A DNA stretch of 64,000 nucleotides from an uncultured Pseudomonadota bacterium. GTDB lineage: Bacteria > Oederibacteriota > Muellerivitia > Muellerivitales > Muellerivitaceae. The first letter of the stretch is position 1; every line of letters begins with the position of its first letter. The notes beneath the pieces were generated by a model. It saw nothing but the letters and a program-made list of their open reading frames with translations, searched no databases and had not been told where the DNA came from. Positions 36,396-45,707 of the stretch are shown piece after piece. The DNA is taken from assembly GCA_963770835.1 (NCBI GenBank), contig CAVYRH010000004.1:32001-96000 (forward strand), given 5' to 3'. The position numbers and the translations under genes are program-made.

Positions 36396-37769
36396 ATGAA
36401 TTGGAAGAAAAGCCCGAGGTTAGCCATGCATTGGCGCACTACGGATGAGGGAAAAGTGGAATGCAACCTCTGCCCGCGCCACTGCAAGCCCCACGAGGGC
36501 CAGTTTGGTTATTGCAAAGTCCGCGGCACGGTGGAGGGGCGGCTCCATACCTTTAATTACGGAATGTCCGTCGGCGCCACGGTGGAGACCATCGAAACGG
36601 AGGCCATCAATCATTACGCGCCCGGCACCCGCATCCTCAGCGTGGGGAATATCGGCTGCATGATGTCCTGCAGTTATTGCCAAAATTGGGATTCCTCCCA
36701 AATCCGGCATTTAAACCCCGACGCCGTTCGGGAATACACCCCGGAACAGATCGTCCAACTCTGCCTGGACCACCGGATTCCCATGATTTCCTGGACCTAC
36801 AATGATCCCGTCGTCTGGCACGAATTCGTGTTGGAGACTTCCCGTTTGGCCCAACAGCGGGGAATCAAGACCCTTTATAAATCCGCGCTCTATATTGAGC
36901 GGGCCCCCCTGGAGGACCTTATCCCGGTCATGGATATTTTTAGCATCTCGCTCAAGTCCATGGACGACAACTTTTACAAAAGATATACCAAAGGCCGGCT
37001 CCAACCCGTGTTGGACGGGATCAGGCAAATCCATGGCTCCCAGCACCGCAAGCACCTCGAGATCAGCCAGCTTCTCGTGACCGGGCTCAACGACCGCATG
37101 GAGGATATCCAGAGAACCATTGATTGGGTCCTAGGAAACCTGGGGACCGAAGTTCCAATCCATTTCGTCGCCTTCCACCCCGCCTACGAATACACCTCCG
37201 TGGAAAGGACGCCGGTGGAAACCCTCAAGGCGGCCAAGCGGATGGCCATGGAACAGGGAATCCGCCATTGCTACCTTGGCAACGTTTACGAGGACAAGAT
37301 GAGCGACACCCTTTGCATCCATTGCCGGAACACACTGGTGACCCGCTTTGGGCTCACCGTGGAGGTCTGCGGCATCGATCCGGAAGGAAGATGCCGCCAG
37401 TGCGGTAAGCCCTCGCCGATCCTTTATCCCCATGGGAACCTTCCCATCACCCTGGAGCATTCCTTCGGCCCGGAACTTCGGCAGGAAGAACAAGTTTGGA
37501 GCAGGGAAGTGAACAGCATCCACATCGAATGCGGGCCGGGAACCCGGGAAGCCTGGCTTGAAATCAAGGGAATGGGAAGCGACCGGCGGGACGTCTTTAA
37601 GCTGGGGGACGGCCTGAGCCGGCGGATTGTTTCCAAATCCAACCGCTCCGAAAGGGGGGTGCTGGTCCGGTGGGAACAGGGGGAAGATATCCGGATATTG
37701 CCGGTGCTGGACCGGGCCCATTTCCCCATGGCCGAACCCGCCGCCCTCAAGGCGGTGCCCCTTGGATAA
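36396..37769 (+). CDS. AmmeMemoRadiSam (AmrS)-like radical SAM enzyme with a C-terminal extension
   Basis: AGGAGG RBS; CNLCPRHC..YCKVR; GCMMSCSYCQNW (CxxxCxxC); WTYNDP; AFHPAY; YLGNV; CIHC..CRQC. Confidence 0.88.
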   Translation: MNWKKSPRLAMHWRTTDEGKVECNLCPRHCKPHEGQFGYCKVRGTVEGRLHTFNYGMSVGATVETIETEAINHYAPGTRILSVGNIGCMMSCSYCQNWDSSQIRHLNPDAVREYTPEQIVQLCLDHRIPMISWTYNDPVVWHEFVLETSRLAQQRGIKTLYKSALYIERAPLEDLIPVMDIFSISLKSMDDNFYKRYTKGRLQPVLDGIRQIHGSQHRKHLEISQLLVTGLNDRMEDIQRTIDWVLGNLGTEVPIHFVAFHPAYEYTSVERTPVETLKAAKRMAMEQGIRHCYLGNVYEDKMSDTLCIHCRNTLVTRFGLTVEVCGIDPEGRCRQCGKPSPILYPHGNLPITLEHSFGPELRQEEQVWSREVNSIHIECGPGTREAWLEIKGMGSDRRDVFKLGDGLSRRIVSKSNRSERGVLVRWEQGEDIRILPVLDRAHFPMAEPAALKAVPLG

Positions 37770-38889
37770 GAAGGATTTCAGCGTTTATTCCAAAGCCCTG
37801 CACCACAAGGTGGAGGCCCCGGACGCCAAGCCCGCGGTCACGCCCCTTTACCAGACCAGCGCCTTCGAGGCCGGTTCGCCTTATTTTTATTCCCGGAAGA
37901 ACAACCCCAATTGCGAGGAACTGGAACAGGTCATCGCCTCCTTCGAGGAAGGGGCCCATTGCCTTTCCCTTTCCACGGGCATGGCGGCCATTTCCCTCAC
38001 CCTTTCGTACCTCAAGCCGGGGGACCAGCTCGTCATCAACCGGCATCTTTACGGCTGTTCCTATAAACTCTTCGAGCGTTTTTGCGCCCGCTACCAGGTC
38101 GAACTCCTCGTGCTGGACCTGACCAACCCCGAATCGCTCAAGCGGTTCTCGGCCAGGACGAGGATGGTTTTTTTCGAGACCCCCACCAACCCTTTCCTCT
38201 TTACCGTCCCCATCCAGGCGGTTTCCCGGGCGGTGAAACAGGCCCGGCCCGATGCCCTGGTGGTGGTGGACAACACTTGGGCCACAAGCTTTCACCAAAA
38301 ACCCCTGAAGCACGGAGCGGATATCAGCCTTTACAGTGCCACCAAGTTCTTCAGCGGCCACAGCGATGCCATGGCCGGGTTCCTTTGCGTGGACGATAAC
38401 GTCCTTTACGAGCATTTGAAATCCGAACGATTCTATACCGGAAGCATCCTTTCCCCCTTTCCGGCCTGGCTTATCCGCCGAAGCCTACAGACCTTCGCCC
38501 TGCGCATGCGCCACCATCAGGAAATCACTGGGAAAATGGCCGACTTCCTGAAAAAGCGGAAGGAAATCACCAAGGTCTACCTGCCCGAGTTGGGTGGGCA
38601 GCTGGAAGGCTACGGGGGGATCCTGTTTTGCGAGCTCAACGAAAGCTTGAAGGACCGGTACCAGCTTCTTTCCCGCTCCCTGGAACTTTTCAACACCGGA
38701 ACGGGGATGGCTTGTGTCACTTCCATGATCGCCCAGCCCTCGACCGGCAGCCACGCCTCCTTGTGCGCCCAGGAACAGGAGGCGATGGGCATCAAGCCCT
38801 CGCTGGTTCGCCTTTGCTTCGGCCTGGAGGAGGAAAGGGACTTGATGGCGGATTTGGCTAATGGGTTTGAAAAGATACAGGGGGCCTAG
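37762..38889 (+). CDS. PLP-dependent Cys/Met metabolism enzyme (cystathionine gamma-lyase/synthase family)
   Basis: TTG start overlapping the radical SAM stop; PLYQTS, YSRKNNP, TGMAAI, ETPTNP, VDNT and SATKFFSGHSD motifs. Confidence 0.88.
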   Translation: MDKKDFSVYSKALHHKVEAPDAKPAVTPLYQTSAFEAGSPYFYSRKNNPNCEELEQVIASFEEGAHCLSLSTGMAAISLTLSYLKPGDQLVINRHLYGCSYKLFERFCARYQVELLVLDLTNPESLKRFSARTRMVFFETPTNPFLFTVPIQAVSRAVKQARPDALVVVDNTWATSFHQKPLKHGADISLYSATKFFSGHSDAMAGFLCVDDNVLYEHLKSERFYTGSILSPFPAWLIRRSLQTFALRMRHHQEITGKMADFLKKRKEITKVYLPELGGQLEGYGGILFCELNESLKDRYQLLSRSLELFNTGTGMACVTSMIAQPSTGSHASLCAQEQEAMGIKPSLVRLCFGLEEERDLMADLANGFEKIQGA

Positions 38890-39630
38890 ATGAGGCCGTT
38901 ATTCCAAATTCAGTTATTGGCTTTCCCCTTTTTCGAGGCGGCCTTCCTGATCCTGGCGGCCGACCTGGGGTCGAAGGGACAGGCCCAGGGGGCCTTGGGT
39001 TTTTGCCTGCTGGCCAGCGTCTTCCTGAGCTATTCGGTGCATGTCACCTTTCACGAGTTCGTCCACCGGACCGCGACTGCCCCTTACGGGAGGTGGTGGT
39101 CCCTGCCCGCGACGATTTTCCTGGGAATGCCGTTGGACGGCTACCGGATCCACCATATGAACCACCACGCCTACAACAACAACTTCCGGGATTTTTCCTC
39201 CACCTGGCGCCTCTCGGGCGGCAAGCTCCTTCCCCGGGGGCCTTGGGGTTACTGCCTGGGCTGGCCCCGGTACCTGGCGAGGGTGCGCAAAAGCATCCTC
39301 CTTGCGCACCGAAAAAAGCATTTCCCCGCCTCCTTTCCCCGGCGCGTCCGGGAACAGAAATTTTTCCTGCTGTTCTTCCTGGTGGTCCTGGGATTCACCT
39401 TTCCCAGGGGCCTGGCCCTTTACCTGCTGACGGTTTACCTGGGCTGGGCCTGGATCAGCCTTCACAATTATTTGCAGCACCCGCCCAAGGCCCCGGGGAG
39501 GATCACCTCGGTTTACCTACCGCTCTACAACCTGTTTTTCTGCAATAACGGCCTGCATCGGGAACACCACCACGAACCGGGCCTTCCCTGGAAGGACCTG
39601 CGGGGCGCCGTGGGGAAGGGGCGGCCGTGA
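38890..39630 (+). CDS. Membrane-bound fatty acid desaturase family protein
   Basis: His boxes HEFVH, HMNHH and HREHH, plus NYLQH; TM helices. Confidence 0.85.
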   Translation: MRPLFQIQLLAFPFFEAAFLILAADLGSKGQAQGALGFCLLASVFLSYSVHVTFHEFVHRTATAPYGRWWSLPATIFLGMPLDGYRIHHMNHHAYNNNFRDFSSTWRLSGGKLLPRGPWGYCLGWPRYLARVRKSILLAHRKKHFPASFPRRVREQKFFLLFFLVVLGFTFPRGLALYLLTVYLGWAWISLHNYLQHPPKAPGRITSVYLPLYNLFFCNNGLHREHHHEPGLPWKDLRGAVGKGRP

Positions 39631-40379
39631 ATCCTACCCTCACGCCAGCCCAATACGAGGCCATCATCCACGCCGGCAACCACACGGCCTATTCAGCGGC
39701 GGTTTTCCTGGGCCTTTTTTCGGGGGGATGGCTGATCCGCAAGGACAGCGAAACCTGGCCCCTCGCCCCGCGCCAAAGGATCATCGTCTTAGCGGTGGCG
39801 GGCTTGGGGGCCCTGGTGGGTTGCGCCCTTCCGGCCTATTTCGCCGGCGGGGTCATCGGGGAAATCGCCCAAGCCGACCTGATTTCCCCCAAAACCATCC
39901 TGGGCGGGATACTCGCGAGTTTCCTTTTCGTGGCCCTTTACAAAAACACCTTCCGGGTGGATTACGACACCAGCGACGCCTTCGCCCGGGGCGGATGCCT
40001 GATGATGGCCGTCGGCCGCATCGGGTGCGTCTTCCAGCACTGTTGTTTCGGGAAGGAAGCCCCCGCCGGGTGGGGGCTGGATTTCGGGGATGGGGTTCCG
40101 CGCTATCCCACCCAGGCTATCGAGGCCCTGGGCCTCTTCGCGCTCTTCTTTTACCTGGACCGGCTGCACCGGGAAAACAGGTACCCCCACCGGAGGCTTT
40201 TTATTTTCTTCCTGCTTTATGGAATTCTCCGCTTCAACCTGGAGTTCCTGAGGGAACCCATCGCCGCCACCTACGCCGGGCTCGGGTTCTACCAATACCT
40301 CGCCCTCGTCCTGGCTTTGACGGGGGGGTTCCAGATCCTCAAGCGCAGCCGCCCCAACACCCGGGAGGTGGCGGCATGA
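39627..40379 (+). CDS. Divergent prolipoprotein diacylglyceryl transferase (Lgt) family protein
   Basis: KTILGG, AVGRIGC..CCFG, YPTQAIE and YGILRFNLEFLR motifs. Confidence 0.8.
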   Translation: MNPTLTPAQYEAIIHAGNHTAYSAAVFLGLFSGGWLIRKDSETWPLAPRQRIIVLAVAGLGALVGCALPAYFAGGVIGEIAQADLISPKTILGGILASFLFVALYKNTFRVDYDTSDAFARGGCLMMAVGRIGCVFQHCCFGKEAPAGWGLDFGDGVPRYPTQAIEALGLFALFFYLDRLHRENRYPHRRLFIFFLLYGILRFNLEFLREPIAATYAGLGFYQYLALVLALTGGFQILKRSRPNTREVAA

Positions 40380-41623
40380 TCCGTTTCCACTATCCCGGGC
40401 CTTGCAGGGAGCTGGCCCAGCGGAAACTGCTGAATCTTCCCGTCGCCCTCTTTCACGAGGAATCGGTCCAGGAAGCCCAGAGGTCCTTTTCCGGAAAGAC
40501 CCTTTGGAACGTCCATTTGTCTGACCGGCTTTTTTTTGACGCTGGCGGCCTGGCCCTTTTAGCCAAGGCCTTAAAAGGTTACTCCGGAAAGGCTTCCACC
40601 CTTACCTTCGAGTTGGAACTTTCCGAAGCGTTGTACCGGGATTACTACTCCCTGGGCGCTGCCCGCAGCGGCCGCGGGACGATTCCCCTGCCGGTTAGGG
40701 CCGTTCGGGAGGAAGGCGGGGAAGGGGAGGAAACCCTCACCCTTTCCTTTCAAAACACGGTGACGGAAAACTTGTCCCTACCCGATTCCCTGGCGTCTTC
40801 CGGCCCGGTGGAAACCCCCACCCAATTGCTGTCGGTTTACGGAAGCGAGTTTGACCTGCTTTTCGCCAACCAGATGCTGCTCTTTTCCACTCTGGCCCGG
40901 CGCATCCGCTCGTCGCCTCGGGCCTTGTTGGGCCTATTCACCCAAAGACATGTGAAATCCAAGGCCAAGCGCGTGGCCCTGGCCTACAAGGCGATCCATC
41001 CTTCCGCCCAGGTCCATCCCACGGCGGTGGTCGAGGGGTCGGTCATCGGGGAAGGCTGCGTGGTGGGGGCTTATTGCGTTGTGCGATACAGCTTTCTCGG
41101 GAAGCGGGTGCAGCTCAAAGACGGTGCGAAGGTGGAATTCAGCGTGGTGGGGGACGACAGCTTCCTCATGCACGACCTGGCGCTGGTCCGCTGCCACGTG
41201 GAAGACCAGGTCTTCCTCATCCACGGACCCTACCAGTTTTCCCTCTTCCACTCCCATAGCGCGGCCTTCGCCACCATCATGATGGATTACCGCGCGGACG
41301 GCAAACCGATCAAGGTGATGACGCAGGGAGGCCTTATGGAATATGGAGGAAGATTTTTGGGGGCCGTCCTTCAGGAGTATTCCAAATCCCTGGGGGGAAG
41401 TTTATTGGCGCCGGGAATCGTGGTTCCCGGAAAAGCCTGGCTTTCGGCCGACCTGTCGCAGGTTCATAAAAACCCCATAACCGCTGCGGAACCTTTTAAG
41501 GCAATACCCACCGATTCCCCTCCGGGCCAAAGAAGGGGTTTGAAAACGAAAGACAAACGATTCCTTGGGACGGGATCCAGGAGAACGATGAAAAAGCCGC
41601 GCAAGCCAGAAATGAAATATTAA
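40376..41623 (+). CDS. Protein with a left-handed beta-helix (hexapeptide repeat) domain
   Basis: GGAGG RBS and ATGA overlap; IHPSAQVHPTAVVEGSVIGEGCVVGAYCVVRYSFLG repeats. Confidence 0.75.
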   Translation: MIRFHYPGPCRELAQRKLLNLPVALFHEESVQEAQRSFSGKTLWNVHLSDRLFFDAGGLALLAKALKGYSGKASTLTFELELSEALYRDYYSLGAARSGRGTIPLPVRAVREEGGEGEETLTLSFQNTVTENLSLPDSLASSGPVETPTQLLSVYGSEFDLLFANQMLLFSTLARRIRSSPRALLGLFTQRHVKSKAKRVALAYKAIHPSAQVHPTAVVEGSVIGEGCVVGAYCVVRYSFLGKRVQLKDGAKVEFSVVGDDSFLMHDLALVRCHVEDQVFLIHGPYQFSLFHSHSAAFATIMMDYRADGKPIKVMTQGGLMEYGGRFLGAVLQEYSKSLGGSLLAPGIVVPGKAWLSADLSQVHKNPITAAEPFKAIPTDSPPGQRRGLKTKDKRFLGTGSRRTMKKPRKPEMKY

Positions 41624-41645
41624 TCATTGTGGGGAGCCATATTTT

Positions 41646-41810
41646 ATGAATCGAAAACAACAACCCGCCAAGAATGATGAAAGTTTTCTCGGCGGTTGCC
41701 TGAAAGTCGTGTTGATTCTTGTGTGCATCGTGGTGTTATTGATTGTTTGTTTTTTTATTTACATTTATGTGGTTTGTTCCGGAAAAGGGCCCACCGCTTT
41801 TATCCAATAA
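41646..41810 (+). CDS. 54-aa single-TM, Cys-containing small protein (below the ORF-track cutoff)
   Basis: GGGGAG upstream; MNRKQQPAKNDESFLGGCLKVVLILVCIVVLLIVCFFIYIYVVCSGKGPTAFIQ. Confidence 0.65.
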   Translation: MNRKQQPAKNDESFLGGCLKVVLILVCIVVLLIVCFFIYIYVVCSGKGPTAFIQ

Positions 41811-41894
41811 ATCAGGTTATTCTTTTTGCGGAGGCCTACAACAATGGCAACAGCAACTTGAGCTAAGCCCCGCGTAGAAAGAAAAGGAGTTCCC

Positions 41895-42272
41895 ATGTGG
41901 AAATGCCCCAACTGCGGGACTGAAAACGAAGGGGACCCGGTTTATTGCGGAAACTGCGGTCATCAAAATCCCGCCTCCTCCAAGGGCTCATCCAACAATT
42001 CGGATCCAAGGACGGGGGGGCCACGGTTGGAAAATAAGGGATGTTCCGACATCGGCATCGGTTCTGGTTTGTTCCTCGTTTGTATTGCTGTAACTTTCTC
42101 CTGCGGCCGCTATTTTGGGCCATCCTTTATTTTTTGTTTTATAGGGGTGTTGATTTACTCGGTGATGGCCAAAAAGCCAGGCCTCATCGCCGGATTCATT
42201 CTTGGGGGTGTTTTAAGCGCAGCCGCCTCTTTTATCTTGTTATGGATCGTCTGTTCCGGTGCCCATTGGTGA
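41895..42272 (+). CDS. Zinc-ribbon membrane protein ending in TM-VCSGAHW
   Basis: AGGAG RBS; WKCPNCG..YCGNCG; three TM helices. Confidence 0.75.
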   Translation: MWKCPNCGTENEGDPVYCGNCGHQNPASSKGSSNNSDPRTGGPRLENKGCSDIGIGSGLFLVCIAVTFSCGRYFGPSFIFCFIGVLIYSVMAKKPGLIAGFILGGVLSAAASFILLWIVCSGAHW

Positions 42273-42310
42273 AAATAAGACTTTCCAATTAAATAAATTC
42301 GGAGGGGTCA

Positions 42311-42898
42311 ATGTTTTTCCTGCAGGGAATCCTGTTCGGCCTTATGGTTGCGGCCCCGGTGGGGCCCATGTCCCTGTTCTGCATGCACTGCACCTTGCGG
42401 AAGGGGGTGGCTGCGGGGCTTTTCACCGGTTTTGGCATTGCCTGCGCGGATTTCCTGTATGGTGGCCTGGCAGTTTCAGGGTTTAGTTTCTTGCAGGCCT
42501 TTCTTCATTACCAAAAATGGCTGAGGATGGGTGGCGGAATTTTCCTGGCCTGTTTAGGCCTCTCCATATTTCTTAAAAAACCCGGATTGAAACGGGTGGA
42601 AGCCAGTAGCCATGGAGGAACCTGGTTTTCAGCCTTTGGCCTTACCCTTTCGAATCCCGCCACGATCCTCTCCTTTATGGCGTTGATATTTTCCAGGGGG
42701 TTGGAAAAGCCCGGAGAAGGCCTTTTTGCGCCCTTTTCGGTGGCTTTGGGGATTGGGGTGGGTTCTTTCATGTGGTGGGTAGCTTGGGTAGGATTGGTTT
42801 CAAAAGCTGGCAAGTTATTACCGGATAAGGTGTTGGCGGGTGTCCAACTGGGTTCGGGTTTGGCTTTCCTGGCTTTTGCGGCTGCTTGTTTCTTTTAA
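42311..42898 (+). CDS. LysE family exporter
   Basis: AAPVGP, GFGIACAD and LTLSNPATI motifs. Confidence 0.9.
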   Translation: MFFLQGILFGLMVAAPVGPMSLFCMHCTLRKGVAAGLFTGFGIACADFLYGGLAVSGFSFLQAFLHYQKWLRMGGGIFLACLGLSIFLKKPGLKRVEASSHGGTWFSAFGLTLSNPATILSFMALIFSRGLEKPGEGLFAPFSVALGIGVGSFMWWVAWVGLVSKAGKLLPDKVLAGVQLGSGLAFLAFAAACFF

Positions 42899-42936
42899 TG
42901 ATTTTCTACTAATGAACGGTTGATCCTGAAGCCCCC

Positions 42937-45108
42937 CTAGTTGCCACCGGCGTAGGAAGCCTTAAAGGCCAGGTCGGTCGTGAGGACGGGCAAGGCAACT
43001 GCCGCAGCGCCCTGGGCGACTGTTATCTTTGTCCCCCCCGTCTTCACGCCCTTGTCGGTGTCCCACCATTCCAGGTTCCAGGCCCCGTCCCGGTTGAGGC
43101 CCTTCAGCATCAATTTTCCCCCCTCGACCTTGGGCGTTTGGGCGCTGCCGAACGTGAAGGTGCGAGACTGCACCCGTCCCAGCACCCGGTTCTTGCCGTT
43201 CAAGGCCTTGCAACGCAGGGCCCCCACGAAATGGGTGAGCGTGTAGGAAGCCACCTGCACCCAATCGGTGCCGGTCGAGTCCACGAACAGGTCGTGGGTG
43301 CCCGCGGGAACCTTGATCCCGTAAACGCTGTTGGCGGTCACCGGCAGGTCCGCCACCGAGGTGGGTTGGCCGTCCAGGGTGATGGTGAGCTTCGGACTGC
43401 CCCAGGAAGAGACGGTGTTCAAGGCCACGCGGAACTCCGCCGCCTGGGCCAGCGTCACGTGGAAAGTGGGCGGGTTACGGAATTCGGCCTTGGCCGTGCT
43501 GTAGACGAAGCCGGTCAAATTGGACTCGGGGGGGTTCACCCCCCCGTCGGGCGTGAGGTTAAACAGGTTTTGCGGCGCCTTCACCCCCCAGCCGTTGTTG
43601 CCGGGGGAAAAGCTAAGGTCCGTCGAGCCCGGCGTGGTCACCTGGAAGGCCATGGGCTGGTAGCCCCGGGCGTCCAGGTCCTCGCCCGCCACGAAACCCA
43701 CGATGCCCGTCCAGCGCCAGTAAAGGTTGTTGGGGCCCACGTAATTGTCCCACCACCAAGGAAAGCCGCCGCCCGCGGCCTTGGCGGTGAACGAACCCCA
43801 ATTGGTGTTGTGGATGAAAATGCCCGTGGGATCCTTCTGGTTCTCAGAGCCGCCGGCCCCGCCGATGCCCATTTCGCCCACCACGAAGGGTTTGCCCGGG
43901 TTATTCGCCTTCATCTGGCCGGTCAGCCCATCCACCACCTGGGCCATATCCGTCCCGCCGTAGTTGTGCTCCTGGGTGAACTGCATTCCCGCCTTCCAGA
44001 TATCTGCGGGCCATTTGAGCGCGTTGGCGTAACTGGTGGTGACCAGGTGGTGGTAGGGGTCGTTGGCCTTCAAGTAGCTGCCCATTTGCTGGTGGAAGGT
44101 GACCGATTCCCCCAGGTGGTCGGAATAATGGTCGGTCCATTCCATCTCGTTGAAGATTTCCCAGGATTCCAGGGAGGTGGAATAGGCGTAGCGCGCGATC
44201 AAGTAACGCCAGTTGCGCTGGAGGAAAGCCATGGCCCGGGGGCTGGTCCAAAACTGCTCGGGCGCATCCAGGAAGCCGCCTTTGGGATTGGCCCTCTTGT
44301 TGTAGGGATTGCTGTCCCAGTTGGGGTTGGTGGTGGAGGAGAACTTGCCGTGGTTGACGAGGCACAGGAGCGCGTAGACCTTCTTTTGCACGCAGAGATT
44401 CAGGATATAGTCCAGCTCCCAAGCTTCCTTCATCCGGTCCGAGTAGTCGCCGGGGAGCTTCGTGTCCGGGCCGTAAGAATAGGCCCATTCGATCTCGGTG
44501 CTCCAGGGCGCCTGCCAGAGCCGGATGTAATTGCCCCCCGCGGCGGCAAGCGCCGGGAGCCAATGGTCGTAATCGAGGGTCTTCCCGCCGCCCCAGGCCA
44601 TGTTCTCGCCCAGGGGGAAATAGGGGCCGCCGTTATCGAAGGCGAAGTAATCCGGGTCCTTGGCTGAAATCCGCACGAAACCCGGATTGGAGGAGGCGGT
44701 CACCGTGAAAGGCTTCGCGGCGACGCGGGCCGCGCCCGAGGCGTCCACCGCTTGCAAGCGGTAGGTCCAGGCGCCTGTTTCGTCAGGGGCGAACCGTACT
44801 TTCCAAACAGGAGTGCCCAGGGGCGTGAGGACCTCCGAATTCCCGGTTCCGCTTCGTTGGTAATCCTGGAAATAAAAACCCTTCACCGTGTGCGCCACGC
44901 CCGTGGGAGAGGTGAAAACCGCCGTCACGTCGATCTGCGCCGGGTCGAAGGGGTTCGCGTAGGTTTTGCCTAAACTGAATGTGGCCTCAAATTTTTCATA
45001 TTTCCCGACAGGCCCGTTGTCCGTAACATCGCTAAACTTGGCGGCACGGGCCGGATGAACCGGGGCAAGGAGGATAAGACCGGCGAGGACGGCTGCGGGA
45101 AGGCGCAT
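42937..45108 (-). CDS. Secreted DUF5060-domain / GH5-like glycoside hydrolase
   Basis: Signal peptide; YANPFDP, WKVRFAP, WEIFNE and VVGEMG (clan GH-A-type glutamates). Confidence 0.8.
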   Translation of the reverse strand: MRLPAAVLAGLILLAPVHPARAAKFSDVTDNGPVGKYEKFEATFSLGKTYANPFDPAQIDVTAVFTSPTGVAHTVKGFYFQDYQRSGTGNSEVLTPLGTPVWKVRFAPDETGAWTYRLQAVDASGAARVAAKPFTVTASSNPGFVRISAKDPDYFAFDNGGPYFPLGENMAWGGGKTLDYDHWLPALAAAGGNYIRLWQAPWSTEIEWAYSYGPDTKLPGDYSDRMKEAWELDYILNLCVQKKVYALLCLVNHGKFSSTTNPNWDSNPYNKRANPKGGFLDAPEQFWTSPRAMAFLQRNWRYLIARYAYSTSLESWEIFNEMEWTDHYSDHLGESVTFHQQMGSYLKANDPYHHLVTTSYANALKWPADIWKAGMQFTQEHNYGGTDMAQVVDGLTGQMKANNPGKPFVVGEMGIGGAGGSENQKDPTGIFIHNTNWGSFTAKAAGGGFPWWWDNYVGPNNLYWRWTGIVGFVAGEDLDARGYQPMAFQVTTPGSTDLSFSPGNNGWGVKAPQNLFNLTPDGGVNPPESNLTGFVYSTAKAEFRNPPTFHVTLAQAAEFRVALNTVSSWGSPKLTITLDGQPTSVADLPVTANSVYGIKVPAGTHDLFVDSTGTDWVQVASYTLTHFVGALRCKALNGKNRVLGRVQSRTFTFGSAQTPKVEGGKLMLKGLNRDGAWNLEWWDTDKGVKTGGTKITVAQGAAAVALPVLTTDLAFKASYAGGN

Positions 45109-45182
45109 GGGGCTCCTTGGATTTTGAAGTGAGCCGATTTTACCCGGTTTTTTAGGAGGCCGGATGGGAAACCATAAAAAAA

Positions 45183-45365
45183 TGGAACTATGCGCTTGGC
45201 ATAACAAATAATATAACCCTCTCCCCTTGAGGGAGAGGGCAGGGTGAGGGGGAGCGACACTCGCTTCAACCACCCTCATCCCTTCCTTCTCCCCTCAAGG
45301 GAGAAGGTGAAAAACAACCGCGAATAGACCTCGTTTTTGGTTCTTATGTCAAAACTATAGTACCG
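45183..45365. mobile_element. MITE, CGGAACTAT family (degenerate copy)
   Basis: TGGAACTATGCGCTTGGCATAA / TTATGTCAAAACTATAGTACCG; flanks TAAAAAAA and GAAACAAA match 6/8. Confidence 0.7.
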
Positions 45366-45473
45366 GAAACAAAAGTGATCTTTAAGGATCAGAAAGTGAA
45401 TTTTCGTGGAAGTGTCCTAGCGATTGGGCGATGATAATCGCTGAGATTTATTCTTCAACCAGCGGGGGATTCC

Positions 45474-45707
45474 ATGAAGGCGATTTTATACGACGTCCTG
45501 CTCATCATCGTGGGCATCATCCTGATTGCTTTCAGGGATTTTTACGCCACCCTTGGCCAAAAGGCGAAGACCCCCGAGGAAAGGGCCGAGCTGGCCCGAA
45601 CCTGGATGTACCGGTTTAAAGTATGGAACGCCATTATCGTGGGGGCCGGGTTCCTTTCATTCGGCTCTTATTTGTTGTACGTCAATTTATTGAAATACTT
45701 CCATTAA
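45474..45707 (+). CDS. Small two-TM hypothetical protein
   Basis: GGGGG RBS; two hydrophobic helices. Confidence 0.6.
   Translation: MKAILYDVLLIIVGIILIAFRDFYATLGQKAKTPEERAELARTWMYRFKVWNAIIVGAGFLSFGSYLLYVNLLKYFH

Noticed and set aside
38887..38892. Readthrough fusion of the PLP enzyme and desaturase (in-frame TAG-ATG)
   Set aside because: Both are complete single-family proteins; simple translational coupling explains the junction.
39728..40375. N-terminal extension of the 631-aa ORF (likewise the extensions from 17571, 37627, 45279 and 46776)
   Set aside because: These overlap better-supported genes or repeats; internal starts with an RBS, stop/start overlap or family-typical N-terminus fit better.
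36396..41623. Known pathways: canonical AmmeMemoRadiSam system, Bes alkyne pathway, housekeeping metB plus lgt
   Set aside because: No AMMECR1 or Memo genes; no halogenase or ATP-grasp genes; the Lgt motifs are non-canonical.
43138..44667. 509-aa antisense ORF and similar long shadow ORFs
   Set aside because: Expected antisense frames of GC-rich genes, with no recognisable motifs.
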